Shown: positions 38,241 to 48,920 of the stretch, piece after piece | Layout: each line of letters opens with the position of its first letter | Position numbering within the stretch: the stretch's first letter is position 1 | Origin: Hemiscyllium ocellatum | Taxonomy: Eukaryota | Assembly: GCF_020745735.1 (NCBI RefSeq) | Contig: NC_083427.1 | Coordinates: forward strand, 1,043,211 to 1,102,263 | Reading direction: 5' to 3' | Length of the DNA: 59,053 nt | Translations under genes and position numbers: made by a program | The notes under the pieces: model-generated | Seen by the model: the letters and a program-made list of their open reading frames with translations, nothing else | Databases searched by the model: none | What the model was told of the DNA's origin: nothing

Positions 38241-41200
38241 CCTCACTTCTGTCTCCTTCAGTTTGGTCGGTACCTTAGATCCATTGACTTATGCTGAAAT
38301 AGAGACATCGAGGCCTACAAAACAGTAAAAGTCCAGTCCCTCCATCTTGGGCTGAAGTGTGGTTTATCTATCATTTCTCTCTCTCAAAGGCTATAACATA
38401 TTTTCAGCAATAAGGATTTAAATATTCACACAATGCTCTAGGTGAAGTCTAACAAAGCTGCTTTACAAATGAGGCAACACTTCACTACTCCTGCATTCAA
38501 ATCCTCTTGTGGTGAAATCTAAAATTCTATCACCTTTCTAATTGCTTACTGCAAGAGGATGTCAGCCTTCAGTGCATAATTGGGACGGGCACCCAAAGCC
38601 TTTTGTTCCTCTTCTTTTACAACCTTTCATAGTTTGACAAATATTAAGCACTTCGATTCTTTTCATAAGAGTGGGTAATCTCTCATTTTCCCAGGATATT
38701 TTCAATCTGCTATTACCTGCTCATTGTTTTAACATGAATTACCATAAGTTCGCGGGCGATTTTACTTCTTGCCTCCAGGAACCAGAACATATGTTTTGTG
38801 TGCGTGATTAATATTCTTTTGACCTTTTCTGAATATTTTAATTTTTACGCCTGTGGAAATTTTGGTTTCATTTTCTTTGAGCCGTCAGAAAAAAAAATCC
38901 CCTGACATTGTCAATTTGATACTTAACATTCCAGGAAAAGAAAACTTCCTTCATGTTACATAGAGGTGTTGGTCTGATCAGCCATTTCAGAACATCTGGC
39001 GATGTCAGCCGTGATATCGATACTTTGCACGTTTCGTTATTTCCTGTTTGCTGTTTATCTCAGTCCATACATTCCAATTTTACATGGTTGAGCACAATCT
39101 TGACCAGAGACATTTATTTTAATCAAGAGTCTGGAACCTGCTTGACGCTGAAAGGGGCTTCGATCCTATTTATTCATACTTCTTTAATTTTTGGATTTTA
39201 AAGAAATAATATTCAATAAGCATAGACGACTCAAAAGTTCGATTGCCTGATGCAGATGAGTACTTCCATTAGTGCGGTTGAATTGTCATTCTTTGTTCAA
39301 TAGTGAGGAACAGTTGTTAATCTGTCAATAATGTTTGTATCTCTAAAGTCAGACAACTATTGAGAACCTGTATTTTATCATAGAAACCTGGTTGTTGCAA
39401 AACATCGTCAAGCTTCGTGACTGCAAAATACTGATCAATTTCTGCACGATGAGCTCGGATCAGCCATCTGCGAGGTTTCAATAAATTGTAACATGTATTT
39501 GCATAATGCAAGTTATTGTGCTGATTAATATTTCATATTTAAATTCAGTGTTCTGCTGTGCCATTTATTTGCAATACTTTTAGGAATTTGTCAAGATTAA
39601 TATTCATTGCCATAATTCTACTAAAAATGATGCTTGTACACTTACACAATTACTGAATGATGTTGATTTTGGTTGAACTTCGAAACACATCACTGTTTTT
39701 TTTTTGTTTTGAACATCTGTTTTAAAGGAAGATATGGCAGAACTGAGATGCCTATCAAGCAGATTTCTAATGCATTTCTCTTCTCTATCTGCAACAAATA
39801 ACTGTCAACCAGATTGTATTAGACTTAAAGTGAACTCAGTTGCGAGGGACATAAGACACAGCAACTTTGTGGCGTCAAGAAATATTTGAAAGTACTGGAA
39901 ACAGCGAAGGGTATTTTTGCTGCCAAAGTCCATGCAGTAGTTACAAATTTAAATGCTCCATACCTTTCCAGTACAAGCGCTTCCAGTACAACTACATTGC
40001 TGTCAACTTCCAGCAACACAGAACACTTCCCACATGCATCCTGCCCAGGAATATAGGGCAATAACAAAAACAGAAAATAGCCCACCAGATGACTGCTGTT
40101 AGTCATTATAAACAAAAGGTCGGCAATCTCAGTGATACGGGGAATTCAGTGAGTGTAATGGTATCAAGTGGAGATGGCAAGATCCTTTCCTGTTGCAGAT
40201 GGCTACTGACTGACCATGTGAGTTGCTAACATTTGTTATTTTCTGAGCCTAACCCTGGGCATTTTCCAGGTCTTCCTGCGTTTGGCCACGTATGCCTTTC
40301 GTTTCTGAGGAGTTGTGAATTGTATTGAATATTGTGTCTTCTTCAGAAAACATCACACTTCTGATGTGAAGATGATAAATGAGGTAGCTGAAGATGGTTG
40401 AATATATGACATTACTTTGATTATTTCCAACAGAGATGTTCGGAAGCTGAAATATCTGACATCCAATATCCAAAGCGACCCTCCTTTGCAATAGCTATGA
40501 GTGGAACCAGTAGAGAGTTTTGATTCTGATCGATTTCCGTTTTGCGAGGGTTTCTTCATTCTACACGTGATCAAATGTGGCCTTCGTATGGAGAATTCAC
40601 TCATTTGCTTCACCTCTGGAATTCGGCTCATGTGTCCATACTTGAACCAAGACTGCACTAACGTCACTATCTAGGCAGCCTTGGCAGACGTCATACTTAC
40701 TGCAAAGCCATTGGTTCTTTTTAACTCTGCTGAAGAGCAGTACCATCACATTTCCAGTGATCAAAATTTGACTGATTGGGTAATAATTGTTCGGAACGGA
40801 TAAGGAAATAACGAGGTAATGTTCAACATTGCTGTTTAGATGGCATTATTGCAGCTTTACCAGAACAACTTGGCTCGTGGGACAACAGGTTTTGCAAAAT
40901 AAACATTGAGTACATTTTGAGGAACGTTGTAAGTTCTCAGTGAATTATCCGGAGCTGCCAAATATTTGATGGTATGATGAAGAATGAATCGAAACTGAAG
41001 ACAGGCATGTTCGATTTCTGGGGCCTCTGCCAGAACAGAAATTTAAGAAGATTACTATCACCTTCTGAAGGTCAAAAAGGAATGAACAATAAGTTCTAGC
41101 CCAACCGCGTTTCCATATGCCATGAATTAATCAATTATGAAATAGCAGCACTCCAATTTTCAATGCACATATTTACTTTGGCAGAAATAGACAGGGTGTG

Positions 41201-42454
41201 CTTGGGATGACAATAAGCTACAAGTTTCCTTCCAAGCTTAGACTAATATTATGTTCTCTCACAAATTTTAAGAAGCTGAATTGGAACTTTCTGGCAAAAA
41301 TGTCGGAGCTTCTCCTGATAGTATGAAGTGATTCAAGACGATGTCAGTCCATTATCTTATCAGGAGTAATTTGGAACTGTAGCCAAAACAGGACGGACCG
41401 TTCTCACTCTTTTATAAATGACGAGTTGCATTATCAATGAAAATAAAACGCTTATTTCTCGATCGAAAGGAAGTTACGTAGCCCATGTGCAGCTCGTGAT
41501 TCATTCTTCCCATTAGCTACTGATTTGTGGCAAATTTTCAGTTATTATAAATTGAAAATATTGTTCTGGACGATAAATGATGTAATGCACATTAATTATT
41601 GATTTTACGGGAGCGGGAAGATGAAGGCAATAAGAGACAAGAAACGATCTAGTTCCTTCTTTTAGTTCCCTTATGATACAGAAATATTGGGCCATTTGTG
41701 GCATCGGGGCGAACCCGACTGTATGTTGCGGTGAACACTGCATTTATTGATTGGCTGAACTGTAGTTATTATTTTTGTTTAGAAAAATTAAACATTTGAA
41801 AAAGTGATTATGTATTTCGTAAACTGCAGTTTTTCGGTTTGTTTAATTGCGGTCTTATATAAGATATATCAAGTCGTTTGCATGAAGTAATAAAGTTCGT
41901 TAAATTAACAACAGAGCTTACATTTATAGAATTGTTCCCCGTCTCATGCCGGCGACAGAGCTTCACAAACAATGAGTATTCTTGGAGGCAAAACAGTGAA
42001 AGGTATATAGTAGATACATTGCTTTAGTCTCGACAACTAATTCTAAATATTATTTCCTGATACATTTGTTTATGCATTCCATGTTTAATATTCTTCCAGC
42101 ACCACCCAGAATTCATATTGCATTCAAAATTGCTCGCACTCTAGCATTATTAGGAATTCTAAGCGTTACTATACAACCATCAAAACAACCTGGTGTGGAT
42201 TCTGAGTAGAGACCAACTTATGTGCATTGTGGCGAAAATGTGACACTTCTGCATCAACATGTTTTGTGGACTAATGTAACTTTAGGGTTATGTGTGTGCT
42301 TTATAACAGTATGAATAAGTTCTAGTAGGAGATAGAGGAAATTTAGAGAGAGTTGAGAACTCCCAACTGACTGCATTCACAATACTGTAAAAGACTCTGC
42401 AAAATGTGTCAAAATTAAACTGTAAAACCTTCAGACGTGTGGTAGTAATAAGTT

Positions 42455-43660
42455 CATTTAGAATGCTCGATCTGCTCCATCATTCGAGCATTGCTGACAT
42501 GTCTCTCAAACCCATTCTTCCGCCTTCTCTCCATAACCCTTGATTCCCTTCCTAATCAAGAAACTAAATCTGCATTAAATACACTCAATGATCTAGACTC
42601 CACAAACCTCTGTGAATGGAGTTATACGCTTCTGTTGACTAAATTCCTCTCCATCTCAATTTTGAAGGTTCGTCCCTTCACTCTGAGGATATGCCCTCGG
42701 GTTGAAGTCTGTTGTGCGAGGGAAATTATCTTCTGCTCATCTGCTGTATACAGGTTTATCAGTATTCGGTAAGATTCAATGACACTCCACCCTTATTCTT
42801 CTAAACTGCATTGCGCTCAAAGGCAGAATCTTCAACTGATCTTCATAAGATAAGCCTGGTATCCAGTGGATCATTTTTGTAAAGCCTCTGTGAACTCCCT
42901 CCAATGCCACACGTCCTTCGTGAGTCAGGAGTCCAAAACTGCTCACAATATTCCAAATGTGCTCCTAATGGACCCTTATACAGTTGGACTTCCAACTCCT
43001 GTCATGCTTCAAGTTTCAGAAGTCCTTCCCCATTTAGGAAATATTTCTCATATTTATTCTTCCAACCAAAATTCGTAACCTTATATTTCCCCACATGATG
43101 TTCCATCTACCAGTTCTTTGCTAATCCCCCTGAGATTCGAAGTCCTTCAGCACAATCCGTTTCCTCAGCATTTTTTTGTCCCTCAAACTATCATCGTATA
43201 ATCTGTGACGTTGACAACAATACCCTCAGTTTCTTCGTTTAGATCATTTATGAATAAAGTGAATAGTTGTGGTCCCAACTCTAACCCTGCAGAAATCCAA
43301 TTGTCACTGCCTTCCATCCTGAAAATGACCTCTTTATCCCCACATTTTATCTTCTGCCAGTCAGCCAATTCTCCAGTTATATCAGTGAGTGATGCCAAAC
43401 ACTATGGCTCTAATTTTATTTAGCAGGCCCCTGTGCTTGTCAAAATCAAAACATAAAAGTGTTTATTGGGTCTCCTTTGTCTTACTTGATGGTTGCCTCC
43501 TCAAATAATTCATTCAGATTTGAGAGGCATGGCTTCCCATTGACGAAGCTGAAACAACACTATTTTACCAATCACACACAAGTGTTCTGCAATCTCACGT
43601 GGAATAATGGACACGAAAATCTTACTAACGACCGAGGTTAGGCTAACCAGCCTAAATATC
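42455..43660 (-). mobile_element. CR1-clade LINE RT/3' region (third family)
   Basis: ORF 43183..43398 (-) LGPQLFTLFINDLNEETEG. Confidence 0.8.
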
Positions 43661-43789
43661 ACAGCTTTTGAGTTAACTAAACCGTTGCAAGAGACTGGAC
43701 ATTAATAGATTATCATTTATCCCATTCTTAGATAAGCTTTCTTAGAGAAGCAATATAAAAGGACAAAGCCATTATGGCTTTAATTAGAA

Positions 43790-44280
43790 CAAAGAACATA
43801 GAAAAGTTACAGTCCAGGAACAGGTCCTTCAGTTCTCCAATCCTGAGCTGATCCAAATCTATTGTCTAAACCTGTCGGCCAATTCCAAAGCATCTGTATC
43901 CCCCTGCTCCCCACCTACTCACGCATCTGTCCAGACACATCTTAAATGAATCTACCATGCCTGCCTCTATCACCTCTGCCGGTAACGTGTTCCAGATACC
44001 CACCACCCTCTGTATAAAGTACTTGCCACGTGTATCCCCCTTGAACATTTCACCTCTCACCTTGAAAGCATGACCTCTCGTTATTGAATCCTTCACCCTG
44101 GGAGAAAGCTTGCCTTTATCTACCCTGTCTATACCCTTCATCACTTTGTAAACCTTAATCAGGTCCCCTCTCAATCACCTTTTTTCTAATGAAAACAATC
44201 CTAACGTTCTCAACCTCTCTTCATAGCGAGAACCAGACCAGGCAACATCCTCGGAAACCTTCCCTGCACCCTTTTTAAAG
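43790..44280 (-). mobile_element. CR1-clade LINE 3' end, relatively young
   Basis: ORF 43866..44174 (-) MRGDLIKVYKVMKGIDRV...YFIQRVVGIWNTLP, with a CTATGTTCT tail. Confidence 0.88.
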
Positions 44281-44299
44281 TATCCTATAACCTGGAACA

Positions 44300-44780
44300 T
44301 CTAGTTGCCAATCTTGACCTTCTTTCAACCAAGTCTCTATGACTACAATACGTCATACTCACAGGCGCCAATCCAAGTCCTAACTTTATCTACCTTACAC
44401 ACTATACTCCTTGCATTAATGCTAATACACTTCAGGTCACCAGTTCTTTTGAATTCATCTGCTATCTGCTTCCTCTTCCACTTATTAATGCTATCTTTAT
44501 GATTCTTGCATCTCTAGCATACACATAACTGTGTAATTGTCTTCTCTTCTGGTTCCCACTACCCCTGCCACATTATTTTAAAACCTCCCCAACAGTAGTA
44601 GCAAAAACTCCCCCAAGGACATTGGTTCCAGTGTGTTTCAGATGTAGACCGTCCATTTCGTAATAGTCCCACCATCCCCAGAACCGGTCCCAATGTCCAA
44701 CAAATCTGAACCCCCTCCCTCCTACACCAACCCTCAAACGACGTGTTCATCCTGCCTATTTTTCATTTCTACGCTGGCTA
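44300..44780 (-). mobile_element. CR1 ORF1 end/ORF2 start fragment
   Basis: ORF 44559..44750 (-) WCRREG...resembles the CR1 ORF1 esterase C-terminus. Confidence 0.6.
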
Positions 44781-44829
44781 TCAAGTGACACGTGCCTTGT
44801 GTAGTTTCAGAATATTCTTCTCAAATATT

Positions 44830-45400
44830 GGAAACAACGGATCAGACTAAATTCAAGGAAGTTAAATGAAATCTATGTGTTTTTGTGACAGCAGTGCACT
44901 GCAACGATATAACAGCTTCTGTTATACAGGGCATTGCTAAGGTAAAAATCAGATTTACATTGGACAGTGTTGGTCACTGTGCTTCTGGAAATGTTAATGA
45001 GAAAGAAGAGAAAATATGGGAGAGAGGCGAGGTCTGTACATTCTGGAGTTAAGCAGAGACAGAGGTCACTTAAATGAAACATATGGAGTGCTGAGGAAAA
45101 TAGGCGGGGTCGATGATGAAAGATTGTTTCCATTTTTGGGGGAATAGAGAAAAAGATCATAGTTTTAACACAAGGACTCCCCCATTTCAGACAGACATGA
45201 AAGGGAAATAATTGCTTAAATATTTGTGAATCTTTGGAATGCTCTTCCACAAAGTTAGAGAAATCAGAATGATATTAAATATATATGAGGATAGGTGAAT
45301 TAATTCTTGATTTCAAGGGGATGAAACATTATTCAGGATGAATGAATATGGAGGTGAGGTTAATTCCAGATCAGCCATCATCTTCTTGAATGCTGTAGCC
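44830..45400 (+). mobile_element. Degenerate CR1-clade LINE 3' fragment
   Basis: Mirror of the third-family 3' end (CAGATCAGCCATCATCTTCTTGAATG). Confidence 0.55.
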
Positions 45401-46838
45401 GGGATAGAAATCCGGGGTGGGGGTGGGGGGCAATCTTGTTGCCTCTTCTGAAGATATAAACGGATAATAATCAGGAAGAAATTAGATATTACTCAGTTTC
45501 AGCCAAGCAGCCTCAAGAACTCCGATTCCCTCCACTCCACCTCCACATGGCACACAGCATGCGATGATGCTGAGTGTTTTTACATTAAAAACGGGCAAAG
45601 AGAATTCACTGAAAATGCTCAACAACGTTAGCAGTATCTGAGAAGAGCAAAACAAAGTTAAGACTTCACGCCATGTGTTTTAATCAGAGCCCATCTGATG
45701 AAATATCATGATATGAAACTCCAACCCTGGTAAAAGTTTTCACAGCATCATAACGCTGTCTGCAAGGATTGTGCCTGCTTCCCCCGGCAAAGATTTTACA
45801 TTTAAGTGTATATGCACTGCTCCTGTTTCCAGCTTATGCAATCTCTCGAAGTTCTCTTTCTCGATGCAAACATTTTCCGCCTGTTCATAATTCAAACGTA
45901 TATTATGTGGACCAACAATTGCAGTGCTTTGAACAAAGAAAGCTCATTTTCCATGTAATCATCATATTAATCTTTCCACGTCAGTCAACATTCTGTACAA
46001 TCGTTGGTGCAAGCTTTGAAATCACAGCACACAAACTCTTTGGTGGAGTCAAAGGCTGATCTGTGATATAGTTTTGGGATTTATCATTTGCACCATTTTG
46101 AATTGATTTAATAAGCATGAACTGGAATTTCATTTGACTCTTTGTGCAATTCTACCAAGCACAAACGTCATGCTCAAAAAGAAGCCTTCCTCAACGAAAT
46201 AAAGCACTTTTAATAATTCAATGCATATCGAATCCTCTTTTGATTAACAAGTGCCAAAAACATTTTACACTTGCTCCTGAGTTATGTCTACTGCTTTTAA
46301 ACTAAATCACGCCAATCTATCAATATTGCTTTGATCTTCTGAATTGCGAGCCATATTTGCAGTTGAATAGAACATTCAAGTTTCAGCAGCACTATCTCGA
46401 TGATGAAACCCAAATGGATAATGTCAACGTGACGAGAAGATTCTATCCATTTTTAAACAGGCTGAATTTCGTCTCTTTTTTCATGTTTTTGTGTTCTGAA
46501 TTCTTGAATTGACTTCACAGACCAGTTTCAAATTTTGAATTCTGCAAAACCTGTACTTACTTTCATTGTTACTAAAAGTCAAAGACTTTCAAATATTGAC
46601 ACACATTTCATACGGAATGTTCAAGGAACGAGAGACGCAAATTAAAGCTGATGTTTCTAATTTTATGGCTCTATCGAGCATTGCATGCATACATAAGACT
46701 GCTTGGCCACTCATTTGTCAGAGGTCACTATGTGTGGGTTTCAGTATTAATTATTTAATTATTTGGTCACGAATTCGCTGCCTGAACTTGACAAATCTTC
46801 ATGGATATGAAATTAAAATATCACCAAGTTAAACACAA

Positions 46839-47011
46839 GGAAGTAAGCACATGGTGTTAATCTCTCTATTCTCAATTGATGCAGATTTCCATGATGTGAT
46901 GTTGCTTCGTCTGCACAAAGCTCAGCCCACCACGATTCGTGCGTTAGAATGAAAGTGATTGGTTTCTCGCTCCACACGATGCAAATGAACAGAGCCTCCC
47001 GTGGTTTATAA
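46839..47011 (+). promoter_or_regulatory. IgNAR V promoter: octamer plus TATA-like box and accessory motifs
   Basis: Perfect ATGCAAAT at 46979-46986 and TATAA at 47007-47011, about 90 bp before the ATG. A 7/8 octamer ATGCAGAT sits at 46879-46886. Also GGAAGT (ETS-like) 46839-46844, E-box CACATG 46848-46853 and inverted CCAAT (ATTGG) 46958-46962. Confidence 0.75.
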
Positions 47012-47101
47012 GGTCGGTGCTCCGACACACACTGTTACACAGAACAGGTTTTAATTCCAGTATTGGTTGCGTATGAAGTTCTGTTTGCTGGTGCAGAAAC
47101 A

Positions 47102-47144
47102 ATGAATATTTTCTTGTTTTCATGCCTTTTAGCCTGGTTACCAA
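47102..47144 (+). CDS. IgNAR: IgNAR leader exon (MNIFLFSCLLAWLP + first nt of N)
   Basis: ATG at 47102, a hydrophobic signal peptide resembling IgNAR leaders (MNIF(L)LS.LLA.LP), followed by donor GTAAGT at 47145. Not in the ORF track because it is short. Confidence 0.95.
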
Positions 47145-47270
47145 GTAAGTACTTTTTCTCATTGATGTTACGCATATAAGGACCATGTTCATATTATTGC
47201 AATTTCCTTGTCTGAAACTCTCCCGATGAGAAATAAATGTCATGCATTAAATATATTTTTCTCCGCACAG
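47145..47270 (+). other. Phase-1 leader intron, 126 bp
   Basis: GTAAGT donor and TTTTTCTCCGCACAG acceptor. Splicing joins A+AT (Asn) in frame to give [25 protein letters not shown]. Confidence 0.93.
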
Positions 47271-47545
47271 ATGTCTTTACTGTATGGGTTGAACAAACAC
47301 CGAGAACGGCAACAAAGGAGACAGGCGAATCACTGACCATCAATTGCGTCCTAAAAGATACCAGCTGTGCATTATATAGCACGGGCTGGTATTTCACAAA
47401 AAAGGGCACATCAACAAAGAAGAGCTTATCAACTAGTGGACGATACTTGGAAACAGTGAACAAGGAATCAAAGTCCTTTTCTTTGCGAATTAGTGACCTA
47501 AGAGTTGAAGACAGTGGTTCATATCAGTGTGAAGCATATAGTTAT
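47271..47545 (+). CDS. IgNAR: IgNAR variable (VNAR) exon, type II (Cys22, Cys29 in CDR1, Trp36, Cys83)
   Basis: Encodes [91 protein letters not shown], an unmistakable VNAR with the CDR2 region deleted. It is open, ends at a heptamer, and corresponds to track ORF 47237..47698. Confidence 0.98.
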
Positions 47546-47583
47546 CACAGTAATAAACCTGATCTTCCACCAATACAAAAACA
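47546..47583 (+). promoter_or_regulatory. V 3' RSS (23-type, 22-nt spacer)
   Basis: CACAGTA (47546-47552), 22 nt, ACAAAAACA (47575-47583). Confidence 0.93.
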
Positions 47584-47783
47584 CTTTCAGATCTTCCGTG
47601 AAGCAAATTTGCCTTGTTTTGGCTTGTCAACGCTCAACATGCACTTTGTGGCCACTGCTCATGATACAGAACAGCAGGAGTCAAGTTCTAAAAGCTAGCT
47701 AATAAAATTCAGCCGGATAATTCAGAGAAGGGGCACTTGGATATTCAGTGCAGCTGTTGAACTTACAGTAACGTGCGAGCATT

Positions 47784-47811
47784 TATTTTTGCACTGGGAT
47801 GTATCACTGTG
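47784..47811 (-). promoter_or_regulatory. D1 5' RSS (12 spacer)
   Basis: TATTTTTGC (47784-47792), 12 nt, CACTGTG (47805-47811). Confidence 0.92.
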
Positions 47812-47825
47812 ACAGCTGGGATGAC
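47812..47825 (+). CDS. IgNAR: IgNAR D1 segment ACAGCTGGGATGAC (frames TAGM / QLG* / SWDD)
   Basis: 14 nt bracketed by a 12-RSS and a 23-RSS. Confidence 0.92.
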
Positions 47826-47864
47826 CACAGCAATCGAGAACTCGACATCTGTAATACAGAAACT
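47826..47864 (+). promoter_or_regulatory. D1 3' RSS (23 spacer)
   Basis: CACAGCA (47826-47832), 23 nt, ACAGAAACT (47856-47864). Confidence 0.9.
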
Positions 47865-48053
47865 ACCAGCACACATTGTTACCAGAACCGCAAACACTTT
47901 GATTTATTGGTTATCAGGATGGCCAGCTATTCTGGAGTTTGGATGGATATCAAATTTGGTTTTCTGAAATAAACGTGAGAAAGTGCACATTGGTAGGAAT
48001 CCAGATTGCAGTTTGTGCATCGACTTGGTGTTTTTGTATGAATGACAATGGGA

Positions 48054-48081
48054 AGTTTTTACATTGCTGTGTGTGACTGTG
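48054..48081 (-). promoter_or_regulatory. D2 5' RSS (12 spacer)
   Basis: AGTTTTTAC (48054-48062), 12 nt, GACTGTG (48075-48081). Confidence 0.88.
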
Positions 48082-48093
48082 TTACTGTGCTAC
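48082..48093 (+). CDS. IgNAR: IgNAR D2 segment TTACTGTGCTAC (frames LLCY / YCA / TVL)
   Basis: 12 nt bracketed by a 12-RSS and a 22/23-RSS. Confidence 0.9.
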
Positions 48094-48131
48094 CACAGTG
48101 ACTAACCTGTGATTCCCGCAATACAGAAACG
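48094..48131 (+). promoter_or_regulatory. D2 3' RSS (23-type, 22-nt spacer)
   Basis: Perfect CACAGTG (48094-48100), 22 nt, ACAGAAACG (48123-48131). Confidence 0.9.
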
Positions 48132-48456
48132 TCCTGCCACATGTGAATCCACTGCTCATATAAATTATTACCTGCATGCTTAAGTACCTCATGCTGAAAT
48201 ATTTCTTGCAACTTTTAGGGCCTGGCAACTGCTATCGACTGATTTTCATACTCCTTTAGCTGATTATTATGTGACTGTTAAAATCCTATTCACAAAGCAA
48301 TATAGGTAATTATCCAGTATTTGAAGAGTGGCTGAGAATTATAAACGTGACTGGGAATACAATATATGAAGGGAGTGATTTGTGTCACACTTGCTGGATC
48401 AATCAATCAATATCCTGGAGCATTTGAAGAATCTTCACTTATTTTTGCAACAATGG

Positions 48457-48484
48457 ATTTCTTGTGCTGGTGTGAAACAATGTG
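48457..48484 (-). promoter_or_regulatory. D3 5' RSS (12 spacer, most degenerate RSS of the cluster)
   Basis: ATTTCTTGT (48457-48465), 12 nt, CAATGTG (48478-48484; reverse complement CACATTG). Confidence 0.8.
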
Positions 48485-48496
48485 TAGCTGGGATTG
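48485..48496 (+). CDS. IgNAR: IgNAR D3 segment TAGCTGGGATTG (frames *LGL / SWD / AGI)
   Basis: 12 nt between two 12-spacer RSSs. Confidence 0.87.
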
Positions 48497-48524
48497 CACA
48501 GTGACACAAGCCAGAGCACAAACC
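48497..48524 (+). promoter_or_regulatory. D3 3' RSS (12 spacer)
   Basis: Perfect CACAGTG (48497-48503), 12 nt, GCACAAACC (48516-48524). Confidence 0.9.
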
Positions 48525-48839
48525 TCTCGGACAGTTATTCCTTTTTCTGCTTCTGATGAACATGATTCCATAATCAACTTTCTGTCATGAATGCTGTTTC
48601 ATAGAATTAACATCAATTCCAATTCGTTCCATTCTGGAATTGTATACAAGTTTTACGTTGATTATAGATCAGCATGCTAACGTTTCCAATGTCACCCAAA
48701 CTGGCATTGGAGATAGCGGGTATATGAATGGATTTAACTTGTTCACAAATGAATATTTGTTAATGCTGTGAATATATCTGGAAAATGGGAGAGAGGATTT
48801 GTTTTGATATATTGATTATAGGACTTCTGCTTTACTGAC

Positions 48840-48878
48840 ACTTTTTGTATGGCGTTGAATGGGAGCTGATGGACTGTG
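48840..48878 (-). promoter_or_regulatory. J 5' RSS (23 spacer)
   Basis: ACTTTTTGT (48840-48848), 23 nt, GACTGTG (48872-48878). Confidence 0.93.
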
Positions 48879-48920
48879 ACTACTACTACGGAAGCGGCAC
48901 CATTCTGACTGTGAAACCTG
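48879..48920 (+). CDS. IgNAR: IgNAR J segment (YYYGSGTILTVKP), phase-1 donor GTAAGT at 48921
   Basis: Has the G-x-G-T-x-L-T-V FR4 motif with an IgNAR-type TILTVKP end, no FR4 Cys, preceded by a 23-RSS and followed by GTAAGT. Not in the ORF track. Confidence 0.96.

Noticed and set aside
39317-40064. Peptides EIDQYFAVTKLDDVLQQPGFYDKIQ (-) and HKTQQLCGVKKYLKVLETAK (+) as coding remnants
   Set aside because: I cannot assign them to any family and there is no splice or conservation evidence.
47237-47270. ATG at 47237 as the start of the V protein
   Set aside because: It lies in the leader intron. The true start is 47102, spliced to the acceptor at 47270.
48029-48037. Near-consensus nonamer TGTTTTTGT upstream of D2 as a fourth D RSS
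   Set aside because: There is no GTG-ending heptamer at 12 or 23 nt from it.
48083-48913. Cryptic heptamers inside D2 (TACTGTG 48083-48089) and J (GACTGTG 48907-48913)
   Set aside because: No nonamer at a 12 or 23 spacing was found, so there is no support for their use.
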